From the NCBI GenBank assembly GCA_029856045.1, contig JAHQWG010000046.1, positions 53,477 to 117,476 on the forward strand: a DNA stretch of 64,000 nt, given 5' to 3'. The stretch comes from Promethearchaeia archaeon (GTDB taxonomy: Archaea; Asgardarchaeota; Lokiarchaeia; Sigyniarchaeales; SOKP01). This document shows, piece after piece, positions 1 to 10,026 of the stretch (positions within the stretch are counted from its first letter, which is position 1; every line of letters begins with the position of its first letter). The translations under genes and the position numbers were made by a program. Under the pieces are notes generated by a model. It searched no databases. It was not told the origin of the DNA and saw nothing but the letters and a program-made list of their open reading frames with translations.

Positions 1-2
1 GA

Positions 3-911
3 TTGATTGGGGTTTGCTTAGTTTTTCTTTGTTTTTTAATTAAAGAACCGAAAAGAGCCAGTAAAGAAAGTATATTAAAAGGGATATTATCGGACGAGAA
101 AATTGATTATTCTCGCTCTTATCGAATAAAGATAAATGATTTGAAAAAAATTTTTACTAAACGTTCTAATTTCTGGTTGATTATAAATTTTGTAGATACG
201 ATTTTATATGGATTTTTATTAACATATATCATAACATACATAACGATTGAGGTTGGATTTTCTCTAACAGATATTACTTCAATTGTAATGTTATTAGTTT
301 TTCTTTTACCAATCATAATTTCAATGTTTGCTGGACAGTTTTATTTTGCTAGATTAGGTGATAAAAAAGTATCTAAAGGAGATCCGGCAGGTCGAGTTAA
401 AGTTGCTATTATATGTGGTTTAGTTCATATTCCATTTTTATTTTTTGGGTTTTTATTTTATCCTAATGTATCGCATTTAACTTTTTTTAAGGGAACTCTA
501 GATCTATCTAATGTGTTGCCACTATTTTGGATAGTACTCATAATAATGAGTCTAACAATTGGAGTAGGCATGTTTTTCGAATTTGGGATAGGTCCCTGTT
601 GGTTTTCCAGTATGGTGGATGTAAATTTACCGGAACATCGAGGTACTGCATATGCTATGGCAGCTATGATGGATGCAATTGGAAGGGCTTTAGGACCAAT
701 AATAGGTGGGTTATTGGTTGATCACTACACAAGTATTGGAGAGATCTATCCTTTCGGCACGACTATAGTAATTTCTATATTATCTTTTGGTATAATTTCG
801 GGGCTCTTATGGCTTCCCATCTATAAATATTGTAATAAAGATTTTGCTGAAATTGGGGCAATATTAGAACAAAGGGCTGAAGAACTTAAAAAACAATCAG
901 TTACAAAGTAA
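3..911 (+). CDS. MFS transporter, 5'-truncated by window edge
   Basis: Many hydrophobic TM segments; MFS-like C-terminal motifs DVNLPEHRGTAYA and GRALGPIIGGLL. Confidence 0.75.
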   Translation: MIGVCLVFLCFLIKEPKRASKESILKGILSDEKIDYSRSYRIKINDLKKIFTKRSNFWLIINFVDTILYGFLLTYIITYITIEVGFSLTDITSIVMLLVFLLPIIISMFAGQFYFARLGDKKVSKGDPAGRVKVAIICGLVHIPFLFFGFLFYPNVSHLTFFKGTLDLSNVLPLFWIVLIIMSLTIGVGMFFEFGIGPCWFSSMVDVNLPEHRGTAYAMAAMMDAIGRALGPIIGGLLVDHYTSIGEIYPFGTTIVISILSFGIISGLLWLPIYKYCNKDFAEIGAILEQRAEELKKQSVTK

Positions 912-1042
912 AAATCTTTGAATTTGTTGATAAAATTGAGAGATATCTTAAAGCCAAACTCCCAAGATATCGATAATTTCTAAAATCAATAAATATCATA
1001 CGGAATAATAACAAAACCATAAGATTTTAGATATAATTATTA

Positions 1043-1852
1043 TTAAATTCCTTTCGAAAAAAGATTCTTATGACATGAACAACATGGAATTCCAATTTTT
1101 ATTTCATTTTGTAAATTATTGTCAATTACTTTAGATTTTTTAATTATTTCTAACAAGTTTTCCCTTATTTTTATCAGATCAGGGTTATTACTTAAATAAA
1201 ACTTTTTTAAATATGAAATATGATTTTCTCTCTTACAAATTGGGCAGATTAAAAATAAATTTAAAAACTTTTGATAATATTTTCTTTTTTTACCTCTTAG
1301 TTTTTTCTCTAACTTAATAAAACTTGATTCTGAACCGAGGTTTTCAAGAATTTTACTTGCTAATTGGGTTAGTATAATTTTCTTTTTGATTCCAATATGA
1401 GAGGATAATAGAAAAAATTTTTCAATTTGGTTGTCCTCAACAAATAGATTGATTTTATTATATAGTTCATCATGGATTATATCAGATTTATATCCTACTA
1501 AAAAGATTGGAATGTTATTGGTATTATTTTTAATAATTCTTATCCAATAATACAAATTATTGAATAAATCATCTTCTGAAGCATCAAAAAACAGTAAGCA
1601 CCCTTTAGCACCTCTGAAAAAGTTGGGGTATATTGAACGAAATCTATAGCTTCCATTTATATCCCAAATAGTCATTTTTAAGATATCTTCGTGTTCATTT
1701 GAACATTTTACAACTTTAATTGAAACACCTATGGTTAAAGAAGATGTGTTATCAAAAGAATTTGAATATTGATCTATACTATTAAAAAAATCAAATTTAC
1801 CAGAATTATATGATCCAACTGCTATAACTTTAGAAATATATAATCCTGGCAT
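1043..1852 (-). CDS. Rab/Ras-like small GTPase with degenerate motifs, fused to a C-terminal Cys-rich Zn-binding domain
   Basis: G1 GSYNSGKF, TIGV, G3 IWDING, RFRSIYPNFFRGAKGCLLFFD, G4 GYKSD; C-terminal CPIC...H and PCCSCH. Confidence 0.8.
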   Translation of the reverse strand: MPGLYISKVIAVGSYNSGKFDFFNSIDQYSNSFDNTSSLTIGVSIKVVKCSNEHEDILKMTIWDINGSYRFRSIYPNFFRGAKGCLLFFDASEDDLFNNLYYWIRIIKNNTNNIPIFLVGYKSDIIHDELYNKINLFVEDNQIEKFFLLSSHIGIKKKIILTQLASKILENLGSESSFIKLEKKLRGKKRKYYQKFLNLFLICPICKRENHISYLKKFYLSNNPDLIKIRENLLEIIKKSKVIDNNLQNEIKIGIPCCSCHKNLFSKGI

Positions 1853-2061
1853 ATTATATCCACGCGAATTAACTTAAAACATTTATAATACTTAACTCCA
1901 ATCAAATTAATAAACATTTAACTATAAAAATTTTAAGATTTTATTCATTTAATTGTTATCTTTGAAGTAATTCCTAATTTAATTGATTTTAATCATTAAC
2001 AATTATTAATTTATATTCAAAAATAATTTTTAAGCAATTTAATATAATAAAAAAAATAAGT

Positions 2062-3393
2062 TTAAAATTCAATTTTTGGAAAAATATGTTCTTCTTTACG
2101 TAATGGTTTGTACTTGAAGAATCGACGTGATTCGCTATCTTCCAGCACTAGATTAGACCCACCGCCATGGACCATACAGTAAGGGTCAAGTATACCTATA
2201 GGGACGCTATACTGCCTAATGAATCCACGGCCACCCATAGTTCGAAAACAGTGCACAGCCGCCTCAAAAGCTAATTCTGACGCAGCAACTTTTAAACCCA
2301 TTGTTTGCTGAGCCATTAATTTTCCGCTTCCCAATTCTGGATATTTATCTATTTCTCTCGCGTAATTAATTAATGCTGCAATTAATAAATTTAGTTCCCG
2401 AATATTTTTAGAAATTGGGAATCTAATAACTTGATATTGGTGTAACTTTTTCTCAAATTGTTTTCTCTGAAGAGCATATGTGTGTGAATATAATAGTTTC
2501 TTCATTGCGTCACCAAGCGCTTCTGCACTAATGACAAGGCGTTCTTCTGTGAGCTGGTGGAACATTATATCCATACCTGAACCTTTTAGCATATTCTCTA
2601 TAGGAATTTCTACTTTATCAAATATTAAACGACTTACAAATGCATCTGTCATTCCGTAGGTTCTAACTCTACTCGCTTTAAAATTCTCTAACTGTTGATT
2701 TTCAGTGTCAACAATAATTGCTCCGATTGAGCCTTTATTAACTCGACCGTATAAAATTAAATATTTACAAATCATACCATTTGTTATAAAGACTTTTTTA
2801 CCTTTTGCAATAACTTTATCTCCTTGGGTTTGGAGATTTAATTCCATTCTTGCGATATCACTACCTGCGTTAAATTCAGTCATAGCGGACGCACCAACTT
2901 CTCCATCCCCTGCAACAGGAACTAAGAATGTTTCCCATTGATATTCATTTGCTTTATAAGAAACGGGATTGCAATAAAGTGTACCTCCCGCTAAACGTCC
3001 CATTTCAATACTCCAATTCCCAGCTATATATCTTTCGCTTTTTTCTGACCATCTTCCACCGCATAGAGCAAAAGCGATGAGGATATTCCTCATTATTCTC
3101 CCAACTTCGTATTTTTCAGGATAAAGAACCGTGCTATAATATCCTTTCTCTGCCAATTTTTTCATTATTTTAATTACAATATCTTTTTTTTTATCTTGAG
3201 TTGGTTCCTCCACAAGATAATTTAATTCTTCCAAAGTCCTCAAATCTTTATCAAGTTCTTTTTCTAAGAAATCATAAAAAGTAGCCAAAAATTCCTTTTC
3301 TTGCACGTTTAATAATGGGTTATTTAATAAGTCTAATTCTGGAACATATTTTTGTATTTGAATTGGTTTAAAGTCTCTTAATCTTGTATCCAT
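2062..3393 (-). CDS. Acyl-CoA dehydrogenase
   Basis: AMTEFNAGSD, GKKVFITNG, LTEERL, RKQFEKKL, GGRGFIRQY. Confidence 0.9.
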   Translation of the reverse strand: MDTRLRDFKPIQIQKYVPELDLLNNPLLNVQEKEFLATFYDFLEKELDKDLRTLEELNYLVEEPTQDKKKDIVIKIMKKLAEKGYYSTVLYPEKYEVGRIMRNILIAFALCGGRWSEKSERYIAGNWSIEMGRLAGGTLYCNPVSYKANEYQWETFLVPVAGDGEVGASAMTEFNAGSDIARMELNLQTQGDKVIAKGKKVFITNGMICKYLILYGRVNKGSIGAIIVDTENQQLENFKASRVRTYGMTDAFVSRLIFDKVEIPIENMLKGSGMDIMFHQLTEERLVISAEALGDAMKKLLYSHTYALQRKQFEKKLHQYQVIRFPISKNIRELNLLIAALINYAREIDKYPELGSGKLMAQQTMGLKVAASELAFEAAVHCFRTMGGRGFIRQYSVPIGILDPYCMVHGGGSNLVLEDSESRRFFKYKPLRKEEHIFPKIEF

Positions 3394-3529
3394 AATGATT
3401 TACACGTTTTTTATTAATTATAAATAAATAAGGTTGATTTTAAGATACCATTATATAAAACGTATATAAAAATTAAAATTTAATTCTAAAAAGAAAAGTT
3501 GAATGAAAGAAAGAAGAATAAATTTATTA

Positions 3530-5926
3530 TTATAATGAACACTCTGTTCGGGCAATAATATCGTCTTGTGCATTTTGCGATAATTCGGTAAACAAAACAG
3601 AATAACCTGCAATTCTTACAACCAAACCTCTATATTCATCTGGATTTTTTTGAGCATCAAGGAGAATTTTTTTTCCAACAACATTGAATTGTACCTGGAA
3701 ACCACCATCAGGTCCAAAAAATGTTCTTATCAGAGCCGGAAATAATTCTAGCTTTAAAGAATTCGGATGAAATGTCAAAATAAGCGAATTTCCGTTAGTC
3801 ATTAAATGATTCTGAAGTTTACTGACCGAATTAAGAATAGCTGTGGGACCATTTTTATCCATGCCATTTGAAGGGCAGAGACTAGTTGAAAGGACATCCC
3901 TTGATTTTCTTCCATTAGCAGAAGCACCTGTAAAGAAACCAAAAGCTAAATGAAATGATGTTGAGTAGAAACCAGGATTAAATTTTCCACCTCGATAATT
4001 TGTATGCTTTGTAATTTCATCACAATATACTTTTACCACATCCATAGCAATTTGGTCAACATAATCATCATCATTGCCAAATTTTGGAACTTTATTAATA
4101 AATAACTGCCTCCATTCTTCTCCTTTTCTTCCTTGATAGGTTCCTCTATAATTCTTTCTGAGCATTTCCACTAAATCTTCAAATGGGAGAATATTTTCTT
4201 CAAAAACAAATTTCTTAATTACTGCAAGACTATCCACTACCGTAGCAAAGCCAACTAATTGTGGTCCAGTAAAGTCATATACTGCACCACCATTTGTTAT
4301 ATCAAGTCCTCGTTCAATACAATCATCTGTAGTTGCAGATAAAAATGGCTGAGGATTAAGTTCGGAAATTGCTTTATCAAGGGCATTCATAGTTGAAACC
4401 ATAAAATTAACAAAATATTTCATTTGATTAACAAATGCATCCCAAAGATCATCATAACTAGCAATTTTTTTATCATTTTTATATCCATATTCCCTTCTAG
4501 TAAACATATCAATTCCATTTGCTAATGCTAATTCTAAACATTTTACGACATTAATTTGGTTTGCATTGGTTGACCCAAATGATTTATGTGGATGTTGCGG
4601 TTCAACACAGCCGATTGGCGCATATTCACGAGCATCTTCAAGTGTAAAACCAAGATTTACAAGTCCTTTTATCATTACTTGATCATTAAATAAAGCAATA
4701 CTTGCGCCCGATTTTATGGATTCTCCAACTTTAAAAAGAAAATCTTCTGGTGTCTCTTTATGAATTCGAACGGAAAAAGTTGGTTGAACAGTTTTTAAAT
4801 TAGTATATGCGTCTAATAAGAGGTATGATAATTCATTTGTTGCATCGTTTCCCTCACTGTCAACTCCTCCTATCGTTAAATTTTCTGCTATTGGGGGTCC
4901 TTCAGCAGCAACAATACCTTTACTTAGAAGATAATTCCACAATGTTGTTAATTTTAAAAAAAATAATTCAATTAGAAATTGTACTTCATCATTTGAAATT
5001 TCTCTTTCGCTTGTATCTTTTAAATAATATGGGTATAAATATTGATCTAATCGGCCAATACTTATTGCAAAGCCACCATCTTCCAAGCCAGATATTAAAT
5101 GAGTAAAATAAATAAGTTGAAGAGCCTCTTTAAATGACTTTGGTGGATTTTCAGAAATATTGTAACAAATTTCAGAAATTTCAAGAAGTTCTTCTTGACG
5201 TTTAGAATTTAATTCATTTTTCGCTAAATCTTTAGCTAAATTTGAAAATCTTTGAATAAAAGATCTTACTGTATTACAAACAATTATAACAGACTGTAAA
5301 AAAATTCTTTTTTTGGTATTTTCTGGAGTCGAATCAGAAAAATTCTTCATTTTTTCCTCAGCTTTTTGAATTAGACCATTTATTCCATATTTCAAAACAT
5401 TTTCATGTCCAGGAAAAAAATGACCAATGCCATTGGAAAGTTCGGTATCAACAATAAAAACAAGTTTTTCCATCATATCTATTTCATCAGAATTTAAATA
5501 AGTTAGAAACCTTGCTCGAACAGTATGTTCTTCATTTTTCCAATAAGGAATTATCTCTTCCTTTAGGAATTTTCTCTCTTCATTCGATATGATAAGTGGT
5601 TGTACAGGACGACTCTCATAAGTATCACAATCTTGTTCAATTGTATCAACTCGAATTTCGGGATATAATGGAGTTCCTACAAATTTAGTCGTTCGGTTAC
5701 CAACAATAAATTCATTATCCCAAATAATTATAGTCATATTAGATAAATAATGTTCCATAGCTTTTGCGAATCGAATTATTGGATTTTCTCCTTTTGTTTT
5801 TTTATATGATTCCGTGATTAATTTAGCTCTTTCCATACAAATTTCTTTCGATTGCTTCACAACTTTTTTTCTCATTTCTAGAGTTCTTTGCTTATAATTT
5901 AAATGGGAAACTTGTTCTAACTGCAA
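3530..5926 (-). CDS. Glycyl-radical enzyme (PFL2/dehydratase-like family)
   Basis: 798 aa; SIGRLDQYLYPY, Cys loop GCVEP, KFGNDDDYVD, C-terminal glycyl-radical motif LVVRIAGYS. Confidence 0.92.
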   Translation of the reverse strand: MQLEQVSHLNYKQRTLEMRKKVVKQSKEICMERAKLITESYKKTKGENPIIRFAKAMEHYLSNMTIIIWDNEFIVGNRTTKFVGTPLYPEIRVDTIEQDCDTYESRPVQPLIISNEERKFLKEEIIPYWKNEEHTVRARFLTYLNSDEIDMMEKLVFIVDTELSNGIGHFFPGHENVLKYGINGLIQKAEEKMKNFSDSTPENTKKRIFLQSVIIVCNTVRSFIQRFSNLAKDLAKNELNSKRQEELLEISEICYNISENPPKSFKEALQLIYFTHLISGLEDGGFAISIGRLDQYLYPYYLKDTSEREISNDEVQFLIELFFLKLTTLWNYLLSKGIVAAEGPPIAENLTIGGVDSEGNDATNELSYLLLDAYTNLKTVQPTFSVRIHKETPEDFLFKVGESIKSGASIALFNDQVMIKGLVNLGFTLEDAREYAPIGCVEPQHPHKSFGSTNANQINVVKCLELALANGIDMFTRREYGYKNDKKIASYDDLWDAFVNQMKYFVNFMVSTMNALDKAISELNPQPFLSATTDDCIERGLDITNGGAVYDFTGPQLVGFATVVDSLAVIKKFVFEENILPFEDLVEMLRKNYRGTYQGRKGEEWRQLFINKVPKFGNDDDYVDQIAMDVVKVYCDEITKHTNYRGGKFNPGFYSTSFHLAFGFFTGASANGRKSRDVLSTSLCPSNGMDKNGPTAILNSVSKLQNHLMTNGNSLILTFHPNSLKLELFPALIRTFFGPDGGFQVQFNVVGKKILLDAQKNPDEYRGLVVRIAGYSVLFTELSQNAQDDIIARTECSL

Positions 5927-6162
5927 TTTAAATCACTAAAAATCGTCAAATTTTTATTTTAATTTAATAGATTAAATAAAACTATATAATTAATTGAATA
6001 AATAATTCTCGAAGATAAATATATTTAATATATATATCAAAAATTGGTTGAAGATAAAAGAGTTTTTCACTAAAAATTTTAAAAATTTGATTAGTAGAAA
6101 TATAACTGCTAATGTGAAAGGAAAGGGAAAAAAAAAGAGATTAAATAAATTTATTAATTTAA

Positions 6163-6756
6163 CTATAAAGTAAATCCTTCAGGTAATTCTGATTCGGGTG
6201 TTCCTACTGGGACCCACGAGATATCCATAATAGTGTATGTTGGTTTTTTTGTTTGAAAGATTGGTAATACTCGCATACCAATCTTTGGTTCACCTACTGA
6301 AAGATAACCCATAAAGATTGTGCATACATCTTTGAATTCCACATTAATAAATTTAATTGGCTTTTTTAATGTATTAAAGGCGCCTGATCGTTCAGTAATT
6401 ATAAAAGAGTGTATCATTGCCGTTTTCTTTGCTATATCAGTTATATCTATTACCGTATTTTTTCTAAGACAATCAGGACAATAAATTCTGAATGGCATAA
6501 ATATGGAATCTTTTGATTCACATTTAGGATTATCACATCTTGAAGCCATTAATTTTCCTTTACTAAGTGATTCAAAAAATATTGCTTCTCCGCCATAGCT
6601 ATGAATATAAGTCATGTCTCGTGGATTAGTTATTCCACATAGTTTTCCATTATCATCAAATATAGGTGTGTTAGGCTCTATTATATGAAATTTACCTTTA
6701 ATTTTGTATCTGCCATTTTTTACGGAAACCCGTCCAACATCATTTTCGCTTTTCAT
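6163..6756 (-). CDS. DUF35 Zn-ribbon/OB-fold protein (thiolase-fold partner)
   Basis: SRCDNPKC...YCPDC, IGMRV; immediately downstream of a thiolase-fold gene. Confidence 0.85.
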   Translation of the reverse strand: MKSENDVGRVSVKNGRYKIKGKFHIIEPNTPIFDDNGKLCGITNPRDMTYIHSYGGEAIFFESLSKGKLMASRCDNPKCESKDSIFMPFRIYCPDCLRKNTVIDITDIAKKTAMIHSFIITERSGAFNTLKKPIKFINVEFKDVCTIFMGYLSVGEPKIGMRVLPIFQTKKPTYTIMDISWVPVGTPESELPEGFTL

Positions 6757-6762
6757 GATTTT

Positions 6763-8184
6763 TTAATCCTCCTTTAGTAGATGATTTGGATGCATTAAAA
6801 TTGTAGCAGTAACATGGGACCCGACACCAGCGTGACTGATAGCTAATCCACGTTTAGCACCCTTAACTTGTAAATCAGTCCAGTCCTTAGGTTTTTCTCG
6901 ACCAAATTTCTTCCATTTCTTTTCATCACCGTGTATTTCAGCCCATCGATTCCATATATGATATCCGATTTCAGCAATTTGCATTAAGCCCGTTGCACCA
7001 ACAGCATGCATACATCCAATTAAACCTCCGGAAAGGTTGCTTGGTAAACGCCCAGGTTTGCCAGTTTTAGGATTTGTATGATAACCATCTCCAGATTCAA
7101 TATAATCACGACCTTCACCATATGGACGAAGTCCCACATCTTCATATGATTGAATATCACTAATTGTAAATGCATCATGTAGTTCAATTACGTCCAGATC
7201 TTCGCATGGATCAACAACTCCTGTCATATTATATGCATAGTAAGATGCAATACGTGCAGCCAAAAAGCTAGAAAAACCGGGATATCGATCTCCTCCTGGA
7301 AATCTCTTTCCTAAATCATCATATAGTCCAGGTTCCTCATTGGGTAATAGTGGTATTTTCATATCTCGCCGATCTGCTACACGTAGAGTATGACTTCCTG
7401 CACCTATCCAAATTCGTAAAGGATTATCTGTAAGTTCATAAGCTGTTTTTTCATCACAAACAACTCCACAAGCAGCTCCTACGCTCATTAAACAACAATC
7501 TAAAACTCGAAGCGGATATGCTACAACTGGCGAGTTAATTACATCTTCAACAGTAATTTTCATACCACCATGTGCATAGGGATTCATCCTTCCATACCCG
7601 CGATTTTTTACAGCAATTTCAGCCATAGTTTTTCGAAAAGAATCTTCAGCTTTCCCAAATATTTGCCAATATCTCTGTGCCATAACAGCGTAATAACCTG
7701 TATATATATGACCGAGTGGTGTCTCCCAATCTTTATCTGCTGCACATGCAATCAGGTGATTTCCTTCATCAGTAGGAACTTCATCCATTCTTTCCCATCC
7801 CATAGCTAGAGCACAATCGCTGTAACCAGAAGCTACTGCTTTAATAGCTTCCCAAATAGTTGAACCCCCTGTAGCTCCCCCTGTTTTTACTCCAATAGTA
7901 CCAAGAGGATCTAGACCAAGCCGATCATGAATAACTGCTTCTCCTAAAAGTTGATCTCCGAAATGATCCGCAAAATGCCCGTAATATGCAGTATGTATAT
8001 ATTGTTTTAATTCAGCAGGAGTCATTTTTATAAAATCTGCCGCTGCAGTAAATGCTTCAATACATAGTTCTTCAGTTCGTAAAGTGGGAAAGGCACGACC
8101 AAATCTTGACATACCTGATGTTGCTAAATATACTGGTCGCGCCATTTTTGGAATCTTAAGTTGTTTATCACTAAATTTAATCAT
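6763..8184 (-). CDS. SCP2/Ltp-type thiolase-fold protein (no nucleophilic Cys)
   Basis: TGGATGG at the usual ACAS position, KNRGYG, ELHDAF, NLSGGLIGCMHAVGATG. Confidence 0.88.
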   Translation of the reverse strand: MIKFSDKQLKIPKMARPVYLATSGMSRFGRAFPTLRTEELCIEAFTAAADFIKMTPAELKQYIHTAYYGHFADHFGDQLLGEAVIHDRLGLDPLGTIGVKTGGATGGSTIWEAIKAVASGYSDCALAMGWERMDEVPTDEGNHLIACAADKDWETPLGHIYTGYYAVMAQRYWQIFGKAEDSFRKTMAEIAVKNRGYGRMNPYAHGGMKITVEDVINSPVVAYPLRVLDCCLMSVGAACGVVCDEKTAYELTDNPLRIWIGAGSHTLRVADRRDMKIPLLPNEEPGLYDDLGKRFPGGDRYPGFSSFLAARIASYYAYNMTGVVDPCEDLDVIELHDAFTISDIQSYEDVGLRPYGEGRDYIESGDGYHTNPKTGKPGRLPSNLSGGLIGCMHAVGATGLMQIAEIGYHIWNRWAEIHGDEKKWKKFGREKPKDWTDLQVKGAKRGLAISHAGVGSHVTATILMHPNHLLKED

Positions 8185-8336
8185 TTAAACTCATCTTTTG
8201 TAGTTAGTTTGAATTTTTTTTAAAGTATGTAGTAAAATTAATGATTATATTAAAATTAAGTTAAAGAATTAGATTAATTATTCTTTGAATATTTAACTAA
8301 TTATCTTTAAATCTTTTAAAAAGTTGAAAAGTTAAA

Positions 8337-9872
8337 ATGGTTGAAGTAGACACTTTTTTTTGGTGGAGTGATGAACAGAAAGAATTTGCGAAAAAAGTTG
8401 CTCAATTTGTAGAGGATAATTTAGAGGAAGCAGAATATTATTTTTGGAAGCAAAAATTCCCTCATTCAATAGTGAAAAAAGTTGCAAAAGAAGGCTTTTT
8501 TGGACCTGGCGTTCCAAAACAGTATGGAGGATTGGGATTAGGAGCCACGGGAGGATGCATTGCAGCCGAACATTTAGGGAGTTTATATGCAGTTGGACAT
8601 GTTTTTACAGTATCAATGTTGGCAGGATTAGAACAAATTTTAAGATTCGGTACCGAAGAACAAAAGGAGACATGGTTTCCCTCTGTTGCAAATGGCTCGG
8701 AGATAGGGGCAGTATGTATTACGGAACCATTTGCAGGGTCGGACGCGGCAAATGTTATGACAACGGCAACTAAAGATGGAGACGAGTGGGTTTTAAACGG
8801 TAAAAAGAGAATGATAACTGGTGCTGGAGTTGCTGATAGATATTTTGTATACGCTAAAACAAGCGACGATCCGGCAATCCGAAAGCAGTACGCACATATA
8901 ACCAGTTTTGTGGTCAAAAAAGGCACTCCAGGATTTAGTCTCGAAAAGATAAATCCTCTTATAGGTTTTGATAATGCTCCTAATGGTTATCTAGATTTTG
9001 ATAACGTTAGGATCCCCGATTTCAATAGGGTTGGTGAAGTAGGGAAAGGATGGGCTGTTATGATGGCAGCTTTAAATTTTGAGCGGTTGATTGGCTCTGC
9101 AGTTTTAATAGGCGGAGTTAAGGATATCATCCAATTTATCTTCCACTATACTAAACGCAGAATTCAATTTAATAGGCCCATTAATCGTATTAGAAACATT
9201 CAGTTTGACATTGCTGATATCATCACTAAATATAAAATGGCGAGGCTATACTCATATCACACTGCACATCAACTCGATTCTGGTATGGAGCCGATGATTG
9301 AAGCGTCAATTGCGAAGCTAATGAACACTGAGTATCTTGTAGAAATAACAAGAAAAGCCATACAGATTTGCGGTGGTGACGCTCTTACCAAATTTTATCC
9401 CCTTGAAAGAATGTATAGAGAAGCGAAAATAGGTGAAATAGTCGCTGGAACTTCTGAAATCCAAAGATTGATTATATATCGCTTTTCGACAATGCTTCCG
9501 ACGTGGAATAAATCTTTAAAATTCAGATGGAACGATGAGGTAAATGCTCCTTTAATATCAAAGAGAGATTCCAGGTTTAAAGGTTTAGAAATTAACGAAG
9601 AAAATTTATTAAAAGTTATTGCGCATGATTATAAGATAAACCCTGGAATTTACATGACTTTAGATGATGTCAGAGAAGATATCGGGGGAAGTAGAGTGAA
9701 AATAAAGCAGGGTATTGAATCTCTTGAAAATCAAGGACTGATTGTTTGTCATCGGGATCGAAGCGGAAAGATTGGTCTTGTTAAGGCAACATATAAAGGA
9801 CTTTCAAAAGCCTTTCCAAAAGAGTATTATAGATGGTTTCCTCCTTGGTATGATGAAGCAGACAAGTTTTAA
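8337..9872 (+). CDS. Acyl-CoA dehydrogenase with C-terminal winged-helix-like extension
   Basis: ITEPFAGSD, LNGKKRMITGA, LNFERL, RIQFNRPI, EIVAGTSEIQR; about 125 extra C-terminal residues. Confidence 0.9.
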   Translation: MVEVDTFFWWSDEQKEFAKKVAQFVEDNLEEAEYYFWKQKFPHSIVKKVAKEGFFGPGVPKQYGGLGLGATGGCIAAEHLGSLYAVGHVFTVSMLAGLEQILRFGTEEQKETWFPSVANGSEIGAVCITEPFAGSDAANVMTTATKDGDEWVLNGKKRMITGAGVADRYFVYAKTSDDPAIRKQYAHITSFVVKKGTPGFSLEKINPLIGFDNAPNGYLDFDNVRIPDFNRVGEVGKGWAVMMAALNFERLIGSAVLIGGVKDIIQFIFHYTKRRIQFNRPINRIRNIQFDIADIITKYKMARLYSYHTAHQLDSGMEPMIEASIAKLMNTEYLVEITRKAIQICGGDALTKFYPLERMYREAKIGEIVAGTSEIQRLIIYRFSTMLPTWNKSLKFRWNDEVNAPLISKRDSRFKGLEINEENLLKVIAHDYKINPGIYMTLDDVREDIGGSRVKIKQGIESLENQGLIVCHRDRSGKIGLVKATYKGLSKAFPKEYYRWFPPWYDEADKF

Positions 9873-10026
9873 ACATTACTTTTTATCTTTTTTTTTATTT
9901 TTAGTATATATATTATAATTTTCAAATATATTAAAAGAGCTTTAAAACCTTTTTAATTCATAAAAAATTTATAAAATAAATCAATATATTCTAATTATTC
10001 CTTTTATCAATAAGTTTTTCATTTGA

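Noticed and set aside
8444-8926. Short ORFs overlapping the ACAD, and similar 60-150 aa ORFs nested in other genes
   Set aside because: Shadow ORFs of well-supported genes with no motifs of their own
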